Assembly: GCA_964390105.1 (NCBI GenBank)
Contig: CAYMGV010000005.1
Location: 285 to 64,284, forward strand
Source of the DNA: an uncultured Anaerolineae bacterium
Lineage (GTDB): Bacteria; Chloroflexota; Anaerolineae; Aggregatilineales; UBA3940
Reading direction: 5' to 3'
Length of the DNA stretch: 64,000 nt
Below the pieces are notes generated by a model, which saw only the letters and a list, made by a program, of their open reading frames with translations, was not told the DNA's origin and ran no database searches. The position numbers and the translations under genes are program-made. Below are positions 18,401 to 27,843 of this stretch, piece after piece (position 1 is the first letter of the stretch; every line of letters starts with the position of its first letter).

Positions 18401-19708
18401 ATGACACTGATTGAGATCATCTCCGACGTATTCAGCGCCGCTCATTATGGGCTGTTCCTGCTGCTGACCGATGTGCTGAACATCGCTGAGCCGTGGGCTA
18501 ACGGGATCATTATGTTCCTGGCAGGTGCGGTGCTTGCCACCATTGTGCTGCTCAACCTGATCGTGACGATCTGGTTCGAGCGCAAACTGATGGGACGTAT
18601 CCAGGACCGTATCGGGCCGAACCGGGTTGGACCTTGGGGGTTGTTCCAGACGTTTGCCGATCTCGGCAAGCTGTTCACCAAGGAAATTATCATTCCCAGC
18701 GGTGCCGACCTGCTGCCGTTCATGATCGCGCCGGTGATCGCGACGGCCAGTGTGCTGCTGATCTGGGCGGTGATGCCCTTCGCCAGTACCGGCGTGCCTT
18801 CCGATCTCGGCATCGGTGTGCTGTACCTGGCAGCGGTTGGGTCATTTGGCATCCTGGCGGTGCTGATGGCGGGCTGGAGCAGTAACAACAAGTACTCGCT
18901 GCTCGGTGCTTTCCGTGGCGTTGCGATGCTGGTGAGCTACGAAATCCCGATGATCATCGGCCTGCTGATCCCGGTGATGCTGACCGGCAGCATGAACCTG
19001 AACGAAATCGTTAAGGCGCAGCCGGTGGCCTTCTTCTTTATGATGCCGATTGCCGGGGTGATCTTCTGGATTGCCAGTGTGGCGGAAGTTGGACGTCAGC
19101 CGTTTGACCTGCTCGAAGCAGAATCCGAGATCGTGGCGGGCTACTCCACTGAGTACGGTGGGTTTGCCTTTGCCATGTTCTACGCGGCGGAATGGGCGCA
19201 TGGGTTCACCATCTGCGCGGTGATGGCGGTGGTGTACTTTGCTGGGTGGCGCGGCCCGTTTGCCAGTGCCGTCCCGACGCTGGGGGTGCTGTATTTTGCG
19301 GTCAAGATCGGGTTGATTTACTTCTTCCAGGTATGGTCCCGTGCGACATGGCCGCGTCTGCGTATCGACCAGGTTATGGACTTCTGCTGGAAGTTCCTCA
19401 TCCCGGTCTCACTGGTGCTGCTGGTGCTGGCTTCCGTGGCTGATCGTGTGGCGGCGGAACTGGTCCCCGGTTACCTCGATTACCTCGCCACGGACCCCGG
19501 CATCGCACAACTGACAGGGGCACTGCCGCGTACGGGTGTGCTGCTCTCGGTGAACCTGCTTGTGGCGCTGGGGGTATGGTTGATGATCGCGCGGCAGGGA
19601 CGCCGGGAACGCGAGCGGCTGGAAGCACAGGCCCGGCGTGGCATGGCGACCATCGAGCCGGGCACCCGGCAGCCCATCCCGGAAGATGCCGTCGGGCACG
19701 CACGGTAA
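18401..19708 (+). CDS. nuoH: NADH-quinone oxidoreductase subunit H, with an extra C-terminal extension of about 88 aa
   Basis: WFERKLMGRIQDRIGPNRVGPWGLFQTFADLGKL, NNKYSLLGAFR and EAESEIVAGYSTEYGG are NuoH/ND1 signatures. 435 aa, versus a typical length of roughly 325-365. Confidence 0.92.
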   Translation: MTLIEIISDVFSAAHYGLFLLLTDVLNIAEPWANGIIMFLAGAVLATIVLLNLIVTIWFERKLMGRIQDRIGPNRVGPWGLFQTFADLGKLFTKEIIIPSGADLLPFMIAPVIATASVLLIWAVMPFASTGVPSDLGIGVLYLAAVGSFGILAVLMAGWSSNNKYSLLGAFRGVAMLVSYEIPMIIGLLIPVMLTGSMNLNEIVKAQPVAFFFMMPIAGVIFWIASVAEVGRQPFDLLEAESEIVAGYSTEYGGFAFAMFYAAEWAHGFTICAVMAVVYFAGWRGPFASAVPTLGVLYFAVKIGLIYFFQVWSRATWPRLRIDQVMDFCWKFLIPVSLVLLVLASVADRVAAELVPGYLDYLATDPGIAQLTGALPRTGVLLSVNLLVALGVWLMIARQGRRERERLEAQARRGMATIEPGTRQPIPEDAVGHAR

Positions 19709-19721
19709 CGGAGTAAAACGT

Positions 19722-20225
19722 ATGATGGTTATCACACCAATTTCGATTGCATTCGCGTTGTTCGCGGTCATCACGCTGGGGGGCGCGCTGGGTGTTGTGA
19801 CCAGCCGCAACCTGATTCACGCGGCGCTGTTCCTGGTGTTGAGTCTGTTCGGCGTGGCGGGGCTATATGTGACGCTTGAAGCACCCTATCTTGCCGTGAT
19901 CCAGGTACTGGTTTACATGGGTGCAATCGCGGTTCTCGTCACCATTACAGTGATGGTCACGCGGCGGCTGATGGGCGTTACGGAGAGTGTCAATAAAGCG
20001 TGGCCCATCTCGGCAGTGGCCGCGGCCCTGATCGCGGTAGTGCTGGGTTTTACTGCCGTCAGCATGTTTGGCGGTGTGACCCCGGTTGCCGATGTACCTG
20101 CCGATACGATTGAGCAGCTTGGCTTCGGGTTTGTGGACCCCGCCGGGTATCTGCTGCCCTTCGAGGTGGCCTCGGTGCTGCTGCTGGGCGCGATGATCGG
20201 CGCGATTGTCGTCTCGCGTGATTAA
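19722..20225 (+). CDS. nuoJ: NADH-quinone oxidoreductase subunit J
   Basis: ATG at 19722 after ggag. VVTSRNLIHAALFLVLSLFGVAGLYVTLEAPYLAVIQVLVYMGAIAVL is the NuoJ/ND6 pattern. Confidence 0.88.
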   Translation: MMVITPISIAFALFAVITLGGALGVVTSRNLIHAALFLVLSLFGVAGLYVTLEAPYLAVIQVLVYMGAIAVLVTITVMVTRRLMGVTESVNKAWPISAVAAALIAVVLGFTAVSMFGGVTPVADVPADTIEQLGFGFVDPAGYLLPFEVASVLLLGAMIGAIVVSRD

Positions 20226-20273
20226 GCTTCCTTTATATGTGATCACACTCCAATCACAGGAGTTATCAAAGCA

Positions 20274-20585
20274 ATGATCATTCCCTTACACTGGTATCTG
20301 TTGGTGGCTGCGGGCCTGTTTGCCGTGGGGCTTTACGGCGTGCTGGCACGCCGCAATGCGGTTGCCATCCTGATGAGCATCGAGTTGATGCTGAACGCGG
20401 TTAACCTCAACCTGGTTGCCTTCTGGCGCTATATTGCGCCCACGTCCCTTGATGGGCAGGTGATGGCGATCATGGTGTTCGCGGTCGCGGCGGCTGAGGC
20501 TGCCGTGGGCCTGGCGCTGATCATCTCGATTTATCGCAATCGGGAAACGGTCATCGCTGAAGATATCAACCTGTTGAAGTGGTAA
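20274..20585 (+). CDS. nuoK: NADH-quinone oxidoreductase subunit K
   Basis: 103 aa. [25 protein letters not shown] and [12 protein letters not shown] are the NuoK/ND4L pattern. Confidence 0.92.
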   Translation: MIIPLHWYLLVAAGLFAVGLYGVLARRNAVAILMSIELMLNAVNLNLVAFWRYIAPTSLDGQVMAIMVFAVAAAEAAVGLALIISIYRNRETVIAEDINLLKW

Positions 20586-20596
20586 CAGAGGGCTAT

Positions 20597-22918
20597 ATGA
20601 ATCTTTCAATGCTCGTCTGGTTGATCCCACTACCGCCGCTGCTTTCGTTCTTCACGATCCTGCTGTTCACTCGTAAGAACAAGCAGATCAGTGACATCAT
20701 CGCCGTGGGTGCGATCCTGATCTCGTGGGCGCTGGCGATTGTGGTGCTGGTAAACGCACTGGGCGTAGGCCCGGACCTGGGCAAGTACCCGTTTGAATCC
20801 TCCTTTGTGTGGCTGCCCTTTGGCCTGGACCCGATGGCAACCGGCTTCAAGATGGGCGTGCTGGTCGATCCGCTTGGCGCACTGATGCTGTTCTTCGTAC
20901 CATTAGCTGCCACCATGATTCTGATCTACAGCACCGGCTACATGGCCTCCGGTCATTATTGGACCGAGGTTATTGGCAGCGATGATCATCATGACGATCA
21001 TGGAGCTGCGGCACACGGTGATGCTCACGGCGACGGACATGACGATCACGGGCATCATGAGACGGTGGTGGATACAGCAGGGCGCACGTTGACCAAGTTC
21101 GATGCGACGGCGTGGAAGGCGCGCTTCATGGCGTTTCTATCGCTGTTTGCCGGTGCGATGCTGATCCTGTCGGTGGCCGATAACCTCCTGCTGCTGTTTG
21201 TTGGCTGGGAGATCATGGGCCTGTGTTCATACCTGCTAATCGGCTTCTGGCACAATCGCGTCTACCCCAACCAGCCGGATCGCACCACACCGGTCATTGC
21301 CCAGATCAAAGCATTTATGACCACGCGCGTCGGCGATATGTTCATGCTGGCCGGTATCGCGTGGTTGTACAGCGTGACCGGCACACTGAGCTTCCGTGAG
21401 ATCATGTACAGTGAGGAAATGCTGCACATGCTCGAAGCGCCGACGGCCATGCCGCTGCTGGGCGGGCTGGGCTTCACCATCGGTGGGGCGATAGCGCTGC
21501 TGCTGACGGTGGGTGTCATTGGCAAGAGTGCCCAGTGGCCGCTGCATACGTGGTTGCCCGACGCGATGGAAGGCCCGACCCCGGTTTCAGCGATGATCCA
21601 TGCGGCGACGATGGTGTCCGCGGGTATTTACCTGCTGCTGCGCATCTACCCGCTGATCTCGCTGGGTTCACACGGGCATGGTCTTACCCCTGCCATGCAC
21701 TTCATCGCTGCCATTGGTGCCTTCACGGCTCTATTTGCCGCGACAATCGCCGTGGCGCAGGCTGATGTTAAGAAGGTACTGGCCTACTCCACGATTTCAC
21801 AGCTTGGTTTCATGGTGGCGGCTATCGGCATCGGTGGATACGTGGCTGCCGCCTTCCACCTGATGACTCACGCCATTTTCAAGGCCCTGCTGTTCATGGG
21901 GTCCGGCTCCATCATCCATGCGGTAGAGCATGGTGAGGAACACGCGCATCATCACGGGCACCACTTCCCGATTGATTTCGACGCCCAGAGCATGTTCAAT
22001 ATGGGCGGCCTGTGGAAGCGTATCCCGGTGACGGCGTGGACCTTCCTGATCGGTGGTATGGCGCTCTCGGGGCTGCCGTTCATCACTGCCGGGTTCTGGT
22101 CCAAGGATGAAATCCTGCTCGATGCCTATCTGCATGCCCCGGCGGTGTTTGTGGTGCTGGCCATTGCGGCCTTCCTGACGGCCTTCTACACCATGCGTCA
22201 GATCGGCCTGACGTTTGCAGGAGAGCCGCGTACTGAGGCCGCCGCCGAGGCGACCCAGCGTGACTGGCGGATGAACCTGCCGCTGGTGGTACTGGCCTTC
22301 TTCGCTGTGACCGCTGGCTATATCGGTGTACACCCGGAGTTCCCGGTTTTCGGCTCGATTTTCAGCCCGAACCCGGAGGGCAGCCCGTTCAAGCTGTTCG
22401 TAGGTAAGACGCTGGTCGAAACACCGGAACTGCCGCACTTTGTCATTGTGCCCGCGCTGGTCTCGATTGGCGTGGCACTGGGCGGCCTGCTGATCGGCTA
22501 CCTCGTGTACGTCCGTAAACCGTTGGCAGCCGGGCAGGAAGACCCGCTTAAGAAGGTTCTTGGCCCGCTGTACAGTCTGTTCGAGAACAAGTACTACTTC
22601 GATGAACTGTACGACCTGCTGTTTGTGCGTCCATCGCAGTGGTTGGCGGCCCGGATTTACACCGTGATCGACCGGGGTATTATCGATGGCTTTCTGCACT
22701 TCGTGGCGCGTGGCACCGAGTGGTTCGGCTTCCGCACCAAGGATTTCGATACCTACGTGATCAACCAGGCTGGTGACGAGTTTGCCGGTGGGTTTGGCAA
22801 GGCCGGTGACCGATTCAAGTATGTTCAGTCCGGGCGTGTTCAGCAGTATCTTGTGGTGGCTGTTACAGGGCTGCTGCTGATTACGGCTGTGTTCGTCTAT
22901 TCGATCTTCTTTGCCTGA
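20597..22918 (+). CDS. nuoL: NADH-quinone oxidoreductase subunit L, enlarged (773 aa) with His/Asp-rich loops and a long C-terminal lateral-helix region
   Basis: Antiporter-like core (LFVGWEIMGLCSYLLIGFW, KSAQWPLHTWLPDAMEGPTPVSAMIHAATMV, AYSTISQLG), then the C-terminal FDELY...QSGRVQQY amphipathic segment and a final TM, which is specific to NuoL. Confidence 0.9.
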   Translation: MNLSMLVWLIPLPPLLSFFTILLFTRKNKQISDIIAVGAILISWALAIVVLVNALGVGPDLGKYPFESSFVWLPFGLDPMATGFKMGVLVDPLGALMLFFVPLAATMILIYSTGYMASGHYWTEVIGSDDHHDDHGAAAHGDAHGDGHDDHGHHETVVDTAGRTLTKFDATAWKARFMAFLSLFAGAMLILSVADNLLLLFVGWEIMGLCSYLLIGFWHNRVYPNQPDRTTPVIAQIKAFMTTRVGDMFMLAGIAWLYSVTGTLSFREIMYSEEMLHMLEAPTAMPLLGGLGFTIGGAIALLLTVGVIGKSAQWPLHTWLPDAMEGPTPVSAMIHAATMVSAGIYLLLRIYPLISLGSHGHGLTPAMHFIAAIGAFTALFAATIAVAQADVKKVLAYSTISQLGFMVAAIGIGGYVAAAFHLMTHAIFKALLFMGSGSIIHAVEHGEEHAHHHGHHFPIDFDAQSMFNMGGLWKRIPVTAWTFLIGGMALSGLPFITAGFWSKDEILLDAYLHAPAVFVVLAIAAFLTAFYTMRQIGLTFAGEPRTEAAAEATQRDWRMNLPLVVLAFFAVTAGYIGVHPEFPVFGSIFSPNPEGSPFKLFVGKTLVETPELPHFVIVPALVSIGVALGGLLIGYLVYVRKPLAAGQEDPLKKVLGPLYSLFENKYYFDELYDLLFVRPSQWLAARIYTVIDRGIIDGFLHFVARGTEWFGFRTKDFDTYVINQAGDEFAGGFGKAGDRFKYVQSGRVQQYLVVAVTGLLLITAVFVYSIFFA

Positions 22919-23010
22919 TACCGGCGAGATCAGACCTTTTGTTGACCGCAGGGGCGTCGCGGCTTACCCGGCGCTCCCCGATGACACCCTGTAATCGAGG
23001 GGAACACTGA

Positions 23011-24609
23011 ATGACCTTCGAAGAATTCCTGAGAGGAAATATCCTCACCCTGATAACCTTCCTGCCGCTGGCAGGCAGCGTGCTGGTCATGCTGCTGCCG
23101 AAGTCGGCCAAGGGGGCGATCAAGTGGACGGCGCTGATTGTCAGCCTGGTGGTACTGGCGTTGGCAGTGGTGATGTGGGCGTGGTTTGCCCAGGCACCCT
23201 GTACCGATATCACGCAGATGGCCTGCTTTGAGCAGAAAGTCTCATGGTTCCCGATCCCGGAGATCACGGCATATTATCACATGGGTGTGGATGGCATGAG
23301 TGCCACGATGATCATCCTGACGGCGCTGCTGACGCCGCTGGCGATCCTGATGTCATGGAACATCGATGACCGTCCGCATCTGTACATGGCACTGTTCCTG
23401 CTGCTTGAGATGGGGATGCTGGGGCTGTTCGCGGCGTTGGACCTGCTGTTGTGGTTTGTGTTCTGGGAGTTTGGCCTTGTGCCGATGTACTTCCTGATCT
23501 ACATCTGGGGCAGCGCGAACCGGCAGTATGCCAGCTTCAAGTTCTTCATCTATACGATGGCAGGGTCGCTGGGCCTGCTGCTCAGTATCCAGATTATCGG
23601 CCTCGTGACGGGGACCTACGACATCCCGGAACTGATGCTGATCTGGCCGGACATCGCCTCGACGGTGCCAACGCTTGCGGGGGTGCCCATTGGGGTGGTG
23701 AAGACCATCGTCTTCATTACGTTTGCACTGGCCTTTGCTATCAAAGTGCCGGTGTGGCCCTTCCATACATGGCTGCCTGATGCTCATACGGAAGCCCCTA
23801 CCGCGGGGTCCATGATTCTCGCCGGAGTGCTGCTTAAGCTGGGTGCTTACGGCCTGCTGCGGCTGGTACTGCCTCTGTTCCCCGTCGAAGCACATGCGTT
23901 TGCGCCGTTCCTGGGCTTCCTCGCCATGATGGCGATTGTGATGGGGGCGTATGCGTCCTACACCCAGACGGACTTCAAGCGCCTTGTGGCGTACAGCTCC
24001 GTCAACCATATGGGGTGGGTGGTGCTGGCCGTCGCGGCGGCTGCATGGGTGGGCTTCGATGGCCGGTTTGACCCGACCGGGGCGAACCAACTCAACGCCA
24101 TCATCGCAACCAACGGCGCGGTGCTTCAGATGGTGACGCATGGCCTGAGTTCAGCCGCGATGTTTGCGCTGGTAGGTATGATGTACGATCGGCTCCACAC
24201 GCGTGACCTGACCAGGATGGGCGGCTTGTGGCTGGTGGCTCCGGTCTATGGGGGCATCATGCTCTTTGCCTCCATGGCAGCAGTCGGCCTGCCCGGCCTG
24301 AGCGGGTTTGTCAGTGAGTTCATGGTGGTGCGGGGCGTGTTCCTCATTTCACCCTATATGACCCTGATGACCGTTATCAGCCTGCTGGGGTTGTTGTTTA
24401 CCGGCGCGTATGTTCTCAAGGGCATCCGCACCGTCCTGATGGGGCCGCTGAATAACGATGCCGTGGCGCTGGCCCACGGCAACCCGCTTGAGATCACCAC
24501 GCGCGAGATCATTGCTGTTGCGCCGCTGCTGGTCTTGATGCTGGTCATTGGCGTTTACCCGACGTGGCTGGTCGATGTGATTAACTCGACCGTCAGCACG
24601 TTCTTCTAG
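23011..24609 (+). CDS. nuoM: NADH-quinone oxidoreductase subunit M (copy 1)
   Basis: YHMGVDGMSATMIILTALL, FWEFGLVPMYFLI, AIKVPVWPFHTWLPDAHTEAPTAGSMILAGVLLKLGAYG, AYSSVNHMG. Confidence 0.88.
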   Translation: MTFEEFLRGNILTLITFLPLAGSVLVMLLPKSAKGAIKWTALIVSLVVLALAVVMWAWFAQAPCTDITQMACFEQKVSWFPIPEITAYYHMGVDGMSATMIILTALLTPLAILMSWNIDDRPHLYMALFLLLEMGMLGLFAALDLLLWFVFWEFGLVPMYFLIYIWGSANRQYASFKFFIYTMAGSLGLLLSIQIIGLVTGTYDIPELMLIWPDIASTVPTLAGVPIGVVKTIVFITFALAFAIKVPVWPFHTWLPDAHTEAPTAGSMILAGVLLKLGAYGLLRLVLPLFPVEAHAFAPFLGFLAMMAIVMGAYASYTQTDFKRLVAYSSVNHMGWVVLAVAAAAWVGFDGRFDPTGANQLNAIIATNGAVLQMVTHGLSSAAMFALVGMMYDRLHTRDLTRMGGLWLVAPVYGGIMLFASMAAVGLPGLSGFVSEFMVVRGVFLISPYMTLMTVISLLGLLFTGAYVLKGIRTVLMGPLNNDAVALAHGNPLEITTREIIAVAPLLVLMLVIGVYPTWLVDVINSTVSTFF

Positions 24610-24689
24610 GCCAGTCAATACAAGTAACTGGTTGATCTTGCTAAGTGACCGTGGTCAAAAGCTAAGAGCCAACAGCTTGAGGTAACGAT

Positions 24690-26309
24690 ATGGACTTTCC
24701 GTTTCTTACGGTGATTACATTTACACCGGTGGCCGCCGCCCTCATCATCCTGCTGATGCCGCAGGACCCGAATGGCGAAAACCAGCCGGGTATCAGTACG
24801 AATGGCACCGTGATAAAGATTATCGCGATGGCTGCCACCTTCATCAGCCTGGCGCTGGCCGGGTATGTGTTTGTGAACGTGCTGATGGCGTACCAGAACG
24901 GCACCAATGACCTGTTCCTGTTCACAGATGGCCGCTGGGACTGGGTGCCCGCACTGGGTATTGGCTACCACCTGGGGGTAGACGGGATCAGCGCGCCGAT
25001 GGTGCTGCTGACCGGGCTGGCCTCCTTTGCCGGTGTGCTGATTTCATGGGGAATTAACGACCGCCCACGCGAGTTCTTCGCGTTCTTTATGCTGCTGACA
25101 GCAGGTGTGTACGGTGTGTTTGTCTCGCTGGACCTGTTCCTGCTGTTCTTCTTCTACGAGTTGGCCGTCTTCCCGATGTATATCATGATCGCGATGTGGG
25201 GCTGGAAGGTGCGCCGCGAATATGCGGCCATGAAGCTGACTATCTACATCCTGGTCGGGTCGGTCGTGTCCTTCGTGGGCATTATCGCGATGTACTTCCT
25301 GATCGATAAGGCCGATATGGTCGCGACATTCGATATGCTCGATTTTGTCGCAGCACGCGACGCGGGGGTATTTGACCAGGTGATTCTCAACGGGGCAGTG
25401 GGCGCGGTGACGTTTGCGCAGGCATGGTTCCCGTTCATCTTCATTGGGTTTGCCATCCTGGCCGGTATTTTCCCGTTCCACAACTGGTCACCTGACGGCC
25501 ACGTTGCGGCACCGACGGCGGTCTCCATGATCCATGCGGGCGTGCTGATGAAACTCGGTGCGTATGCCGCGCTGCGCGTTGGTGTGTTCCTGTTACCCGA
25601 AGGCGCACGGGTTCACCTGCCGTGGATCGTGTTCCTGGCGACAGTCAACGTCGTGTATGGTTCGGTGATCGCACTGGTTCAGCGTGACTTCAAGTACGTG
25701 ATCGGCTTCTCGTCGGTTTCGCATATGGGGCTGGTCAGCCTCGGGTTTGCCACGATGAACCTGCAGGGTATGACCGGGGCCGGGCTTCAGATGTTCAGCC
25801 ACGGCGTGATGACGGCACTGTTCTTCATCTGTGTCGGTATTGTCTATGACCGGGCGCACACCCGTGATATCCCGACGTTAAGCGGTATGGGGAAGAAGAT
25901 GCCGGTGGTGGCTGCCGCGTTCATCCTGGGGGGCCTGGTCAGTATGGGGATGCCGCCGTTCTCGGGCTTTATCGCCGAGTTCCCGATCTTCATCGGCTTG
26001 TGGCGTGCCTCGCAGGAACTGACGCTGATCGGTGGAACGCCTGCATTCTACTACGCCATTATCGCCATTATCAGTGTGCTCGGTATCGTGGTGACCGCGG
26101 CTTACGTGCTGCGCGTTGCGGGCCGCGTGTTCTTCGGTGAGTTCGAGGAAACCCGCTGGCACGACCCCATCACGGATGCCACCATCTTTGATAAAACTGC
26201 AATCGCGCTGCTGTCGGTGTGGCTGATCGCGCTGGGTGTTGCCCCCTCGATCATGGTACCGATGGTAGAGGGCGGGATGGAGCCAATCGTCCGCCTGCTG
26301 GGAGGTTAA
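24690..26309 (+). CDS. nuoM: NADH-quinone oxidoreductase subunit M (copy 2, divergent paralog)
   Basis: YHLGVDGISAPMVLLTGL, FYELAVFPMYIMI, PFHNWSPDGHVAAPTAVSMIHAGVLMKLGAY, GFSSVSHMG. Same family signatures as copy 1 but clearly diverged. Confidence 0.85.
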   Translation: MDFPFLTVITFTPVAAALIILLMPQDPNGENQPGISTNGTVIKIIAMAATFISLALAGYVFVNVLMAYQNGTNDLFLFTDGRWDWVPALGIGYHLGVDGISAPMVLLTGLASFAGVLISWGINDRPREFFAFFMLLTAGVYGVFVSLDLFLLFFFYELAVFPMYIMIAMWGWKVRREYAAMKLTIYILVGSVVSFVGIIAMYFLIDKADMVATFDMLDFVAARDAGVFDQVILNGAVGAVTFAQAWFPFIFIGFAILAGIFPFHNWSPDGHVAAPTAVSMIHAGVLMKLGAYAALRVGVFLLPEGARVHLPWIVFLATVNVVYGSVIALVQRDFKYVIGFSSVSHMGLVSLGFATMNLQGMTGAGLQMFSHGVMTALFFICVGIVYDRAHTRDIPTLSGMGKKMPVVAAAFILGGLVSMGMPPFSGFIAEFPIFIGLWRASQELTLIGGTPAFYYAIIAIISVLGIVVTAAYVLRVAGRVFFGEFEETRWHDPITDATIFDKTAIALLSVWLIALGVAPSIMVPMVEGGMEPIVRLLGG

Positions 26310-26310
26310 T

Positions 26311-27819
26311 GTGTTTTCTGAACTGACTCCTGCATGGAATGAAATCATCATTCCCATTCTGCCGGAGATCGGCCTGCTGGCCCTGCTGTTGATCATCCTG
26401 CTGGTGGACCTGGGCAGCCGCCCGGTGCGCCGCAAGACGGCGGGTATCGTTGCCGCTGTGGGGATGCTGGTCATCCTGCTGGTCAACATGGTGGTGAGCT
26501 TCTCCGCGATGGGCGTGACCGCCTTCGTTGGGCAGGACGTTCTCGGTGGGATGATCGGCTACGATCTGCTGGCGACCCTGTTCAGGACTATGGTCCTGAC
26601 GGCGGGCTTCCTGACCTGCCTGATCACGCTGGACGTCGAGGGGCTGGGCCGACAGGGCGAGTTCTACGCCATCCTCATTGTGGCGACGTTGGGCATGAGC
26701 CTGATGAGTGCTGCCCGTGACCTGATCATGGTGTTTGTTGCGCTGGAGACGACCTCGATCAGCCTGTATGTGCTGGCGGGCTTCCTGCGTGATTCTCGTC
26801 AGTCGGCTGAAGCAGGCATGAAGTACTACCTGTTCGGCGCGTTCACCTCCGCCATCCTGCTGTACGGGCTGAGCCTGCTGTTCGGGTTCAGCGGGACGAC
26901 CGACATCGGGGCAATGGCTGAACCGATCAGTGCGCTGATTAACAGCGGCGAACCGGCTTCTGTCTTCGGGTTTGTGCTGGCTTTGCTGCTGGTGCTGATG
27001 GGCTTCGCGTTCAAGGTGGCGGCGGTGCCGTTCCACTTCTGGACGCCGGACGTGTACCAGGGCGCTCCGACGCCGGTGACGGCCTTTGTCAGCACAGCCA
27101 GCAAGGCGGCCAGTTTTGCGCTGTTGATGCGGCTGTTTATTGCCATCTGGCCGATTGAGGCTGTGCCGTACTGGACCAATATCGTCGCGGGTATCGCCGT
27201 CGTGACGATGCTCACGGGCAATCTGCTGGCGTTGGCCCAGAGCAACATCAAGCGTATGCTGGCTTACAGCTCCATCGCGCAGGCGGGCTACACGCTTGTC
27301 GGTGTGGTGGCCGTCAGCCAGACCACGATGGGTGTGGCGGCGGTGGCCTTCTACATGTTCATGTATGTATTCACCAACATCCTGGCGTTCACCATCGTGA
27401 TCGTGGTGAGTAACGTCACGGGCGGTGATGATATCAGGGACTTCGCCAATCTCGGGCGGCGTGCGCCCTATCTTGCACTGGCGATGACCGTAGCGCTGCT
27501 GTCACTGGCAGGCATCCCCCCGGCAGCGGGCTTCTTCGGCAAGTTCTTCCTGTTTGCGGCGGCGATTGATGCCGGGTATATCTGGCTGGCGATGATCGGC
27601 TTTATCAACGCCATCATTGCACTGTACTACTACCTGACTGTCGTCAAGGTGATGTTCGTCGATGTCAGCGAGGACACGTCGCGCATTACGGTGGCTCCGT
27701 CCTACAGTCTTGCTGTGGTGATCACCGTCATCGGTGTGCTGATGATGGGTATCTTCGCCAGCCCGTGGTGGGTCTGGGCGCAGGATGCCGCCAACGCCAT
27801 CGCCGGTACGGTCAACTAG
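26311..27819 (+). CDS. nuoN: NADH-quinone oxidoreductase subunit N
   Basis: GTG start 1 nt after the nuoM2 stop. VALETTSISLYVLAGF, FKVAAVPFHFWTPDVYQGAPTPVTAF, AYSSIAQAGY. Confidence 0.9.
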   Translation: MFSELTPAWNEIIIPILPEIGLLALLLIILLVDLGSRPVRRKTAGIVAAVGMLVILLVNMVVSFSAMGVTAFVGQDVLGGMIGYDLLATLFRTMVLTAGFLTCLITLDVEGLGRQGEFYAILIVATLGMSLMSAARDLIMVFVALETTSISLYVLAGFLRDSRQSAEAGMKYYLFGAFTSAILLYGLSLLFGFSGTTDIGAMAEPISALINSGEPASVFGFVLALLLVLMGFAFKVAAVPFHFWTPDVYQGAPTPVTAFVSTASKAASFALLMRLFIAIWPIEAVPYWTNIVAGIAVVTMLTGNLLALAQSNIKRMLAYSSIAQAGYTLVGVVAVSQTTMGVAAVAFYMFMYVFTNILAFTIVIVVSNVTGGDDIRDFANLGRRAPYLALAMTVALLSLAGIPPAAGFFGKFFLFAAAIDAGYIWLAMIGFINAIIALYYYLTVVKVMFVDVSEDTSRITVAPSYSLAVVITVIGVLMMGIFASPWWVWAQDAANAIAGTVN

Positions 27820-27843
27820 GTTAGGGCAAGCACGGCTATCGAG

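Noticed and set aside
20597-27819. Alternative reading of nuoL/M/M/N as an Mrp-type Na+/H+ antiporter cluster
   Set aside because: The same operon contains NuoA, NuoH, NuoJ and NuoK signatures. The L-type subunit also has the complex-I-specific C-terminal lateral helix plus a final TM. No MrpB/C/E/F/G-like small subunits are present.
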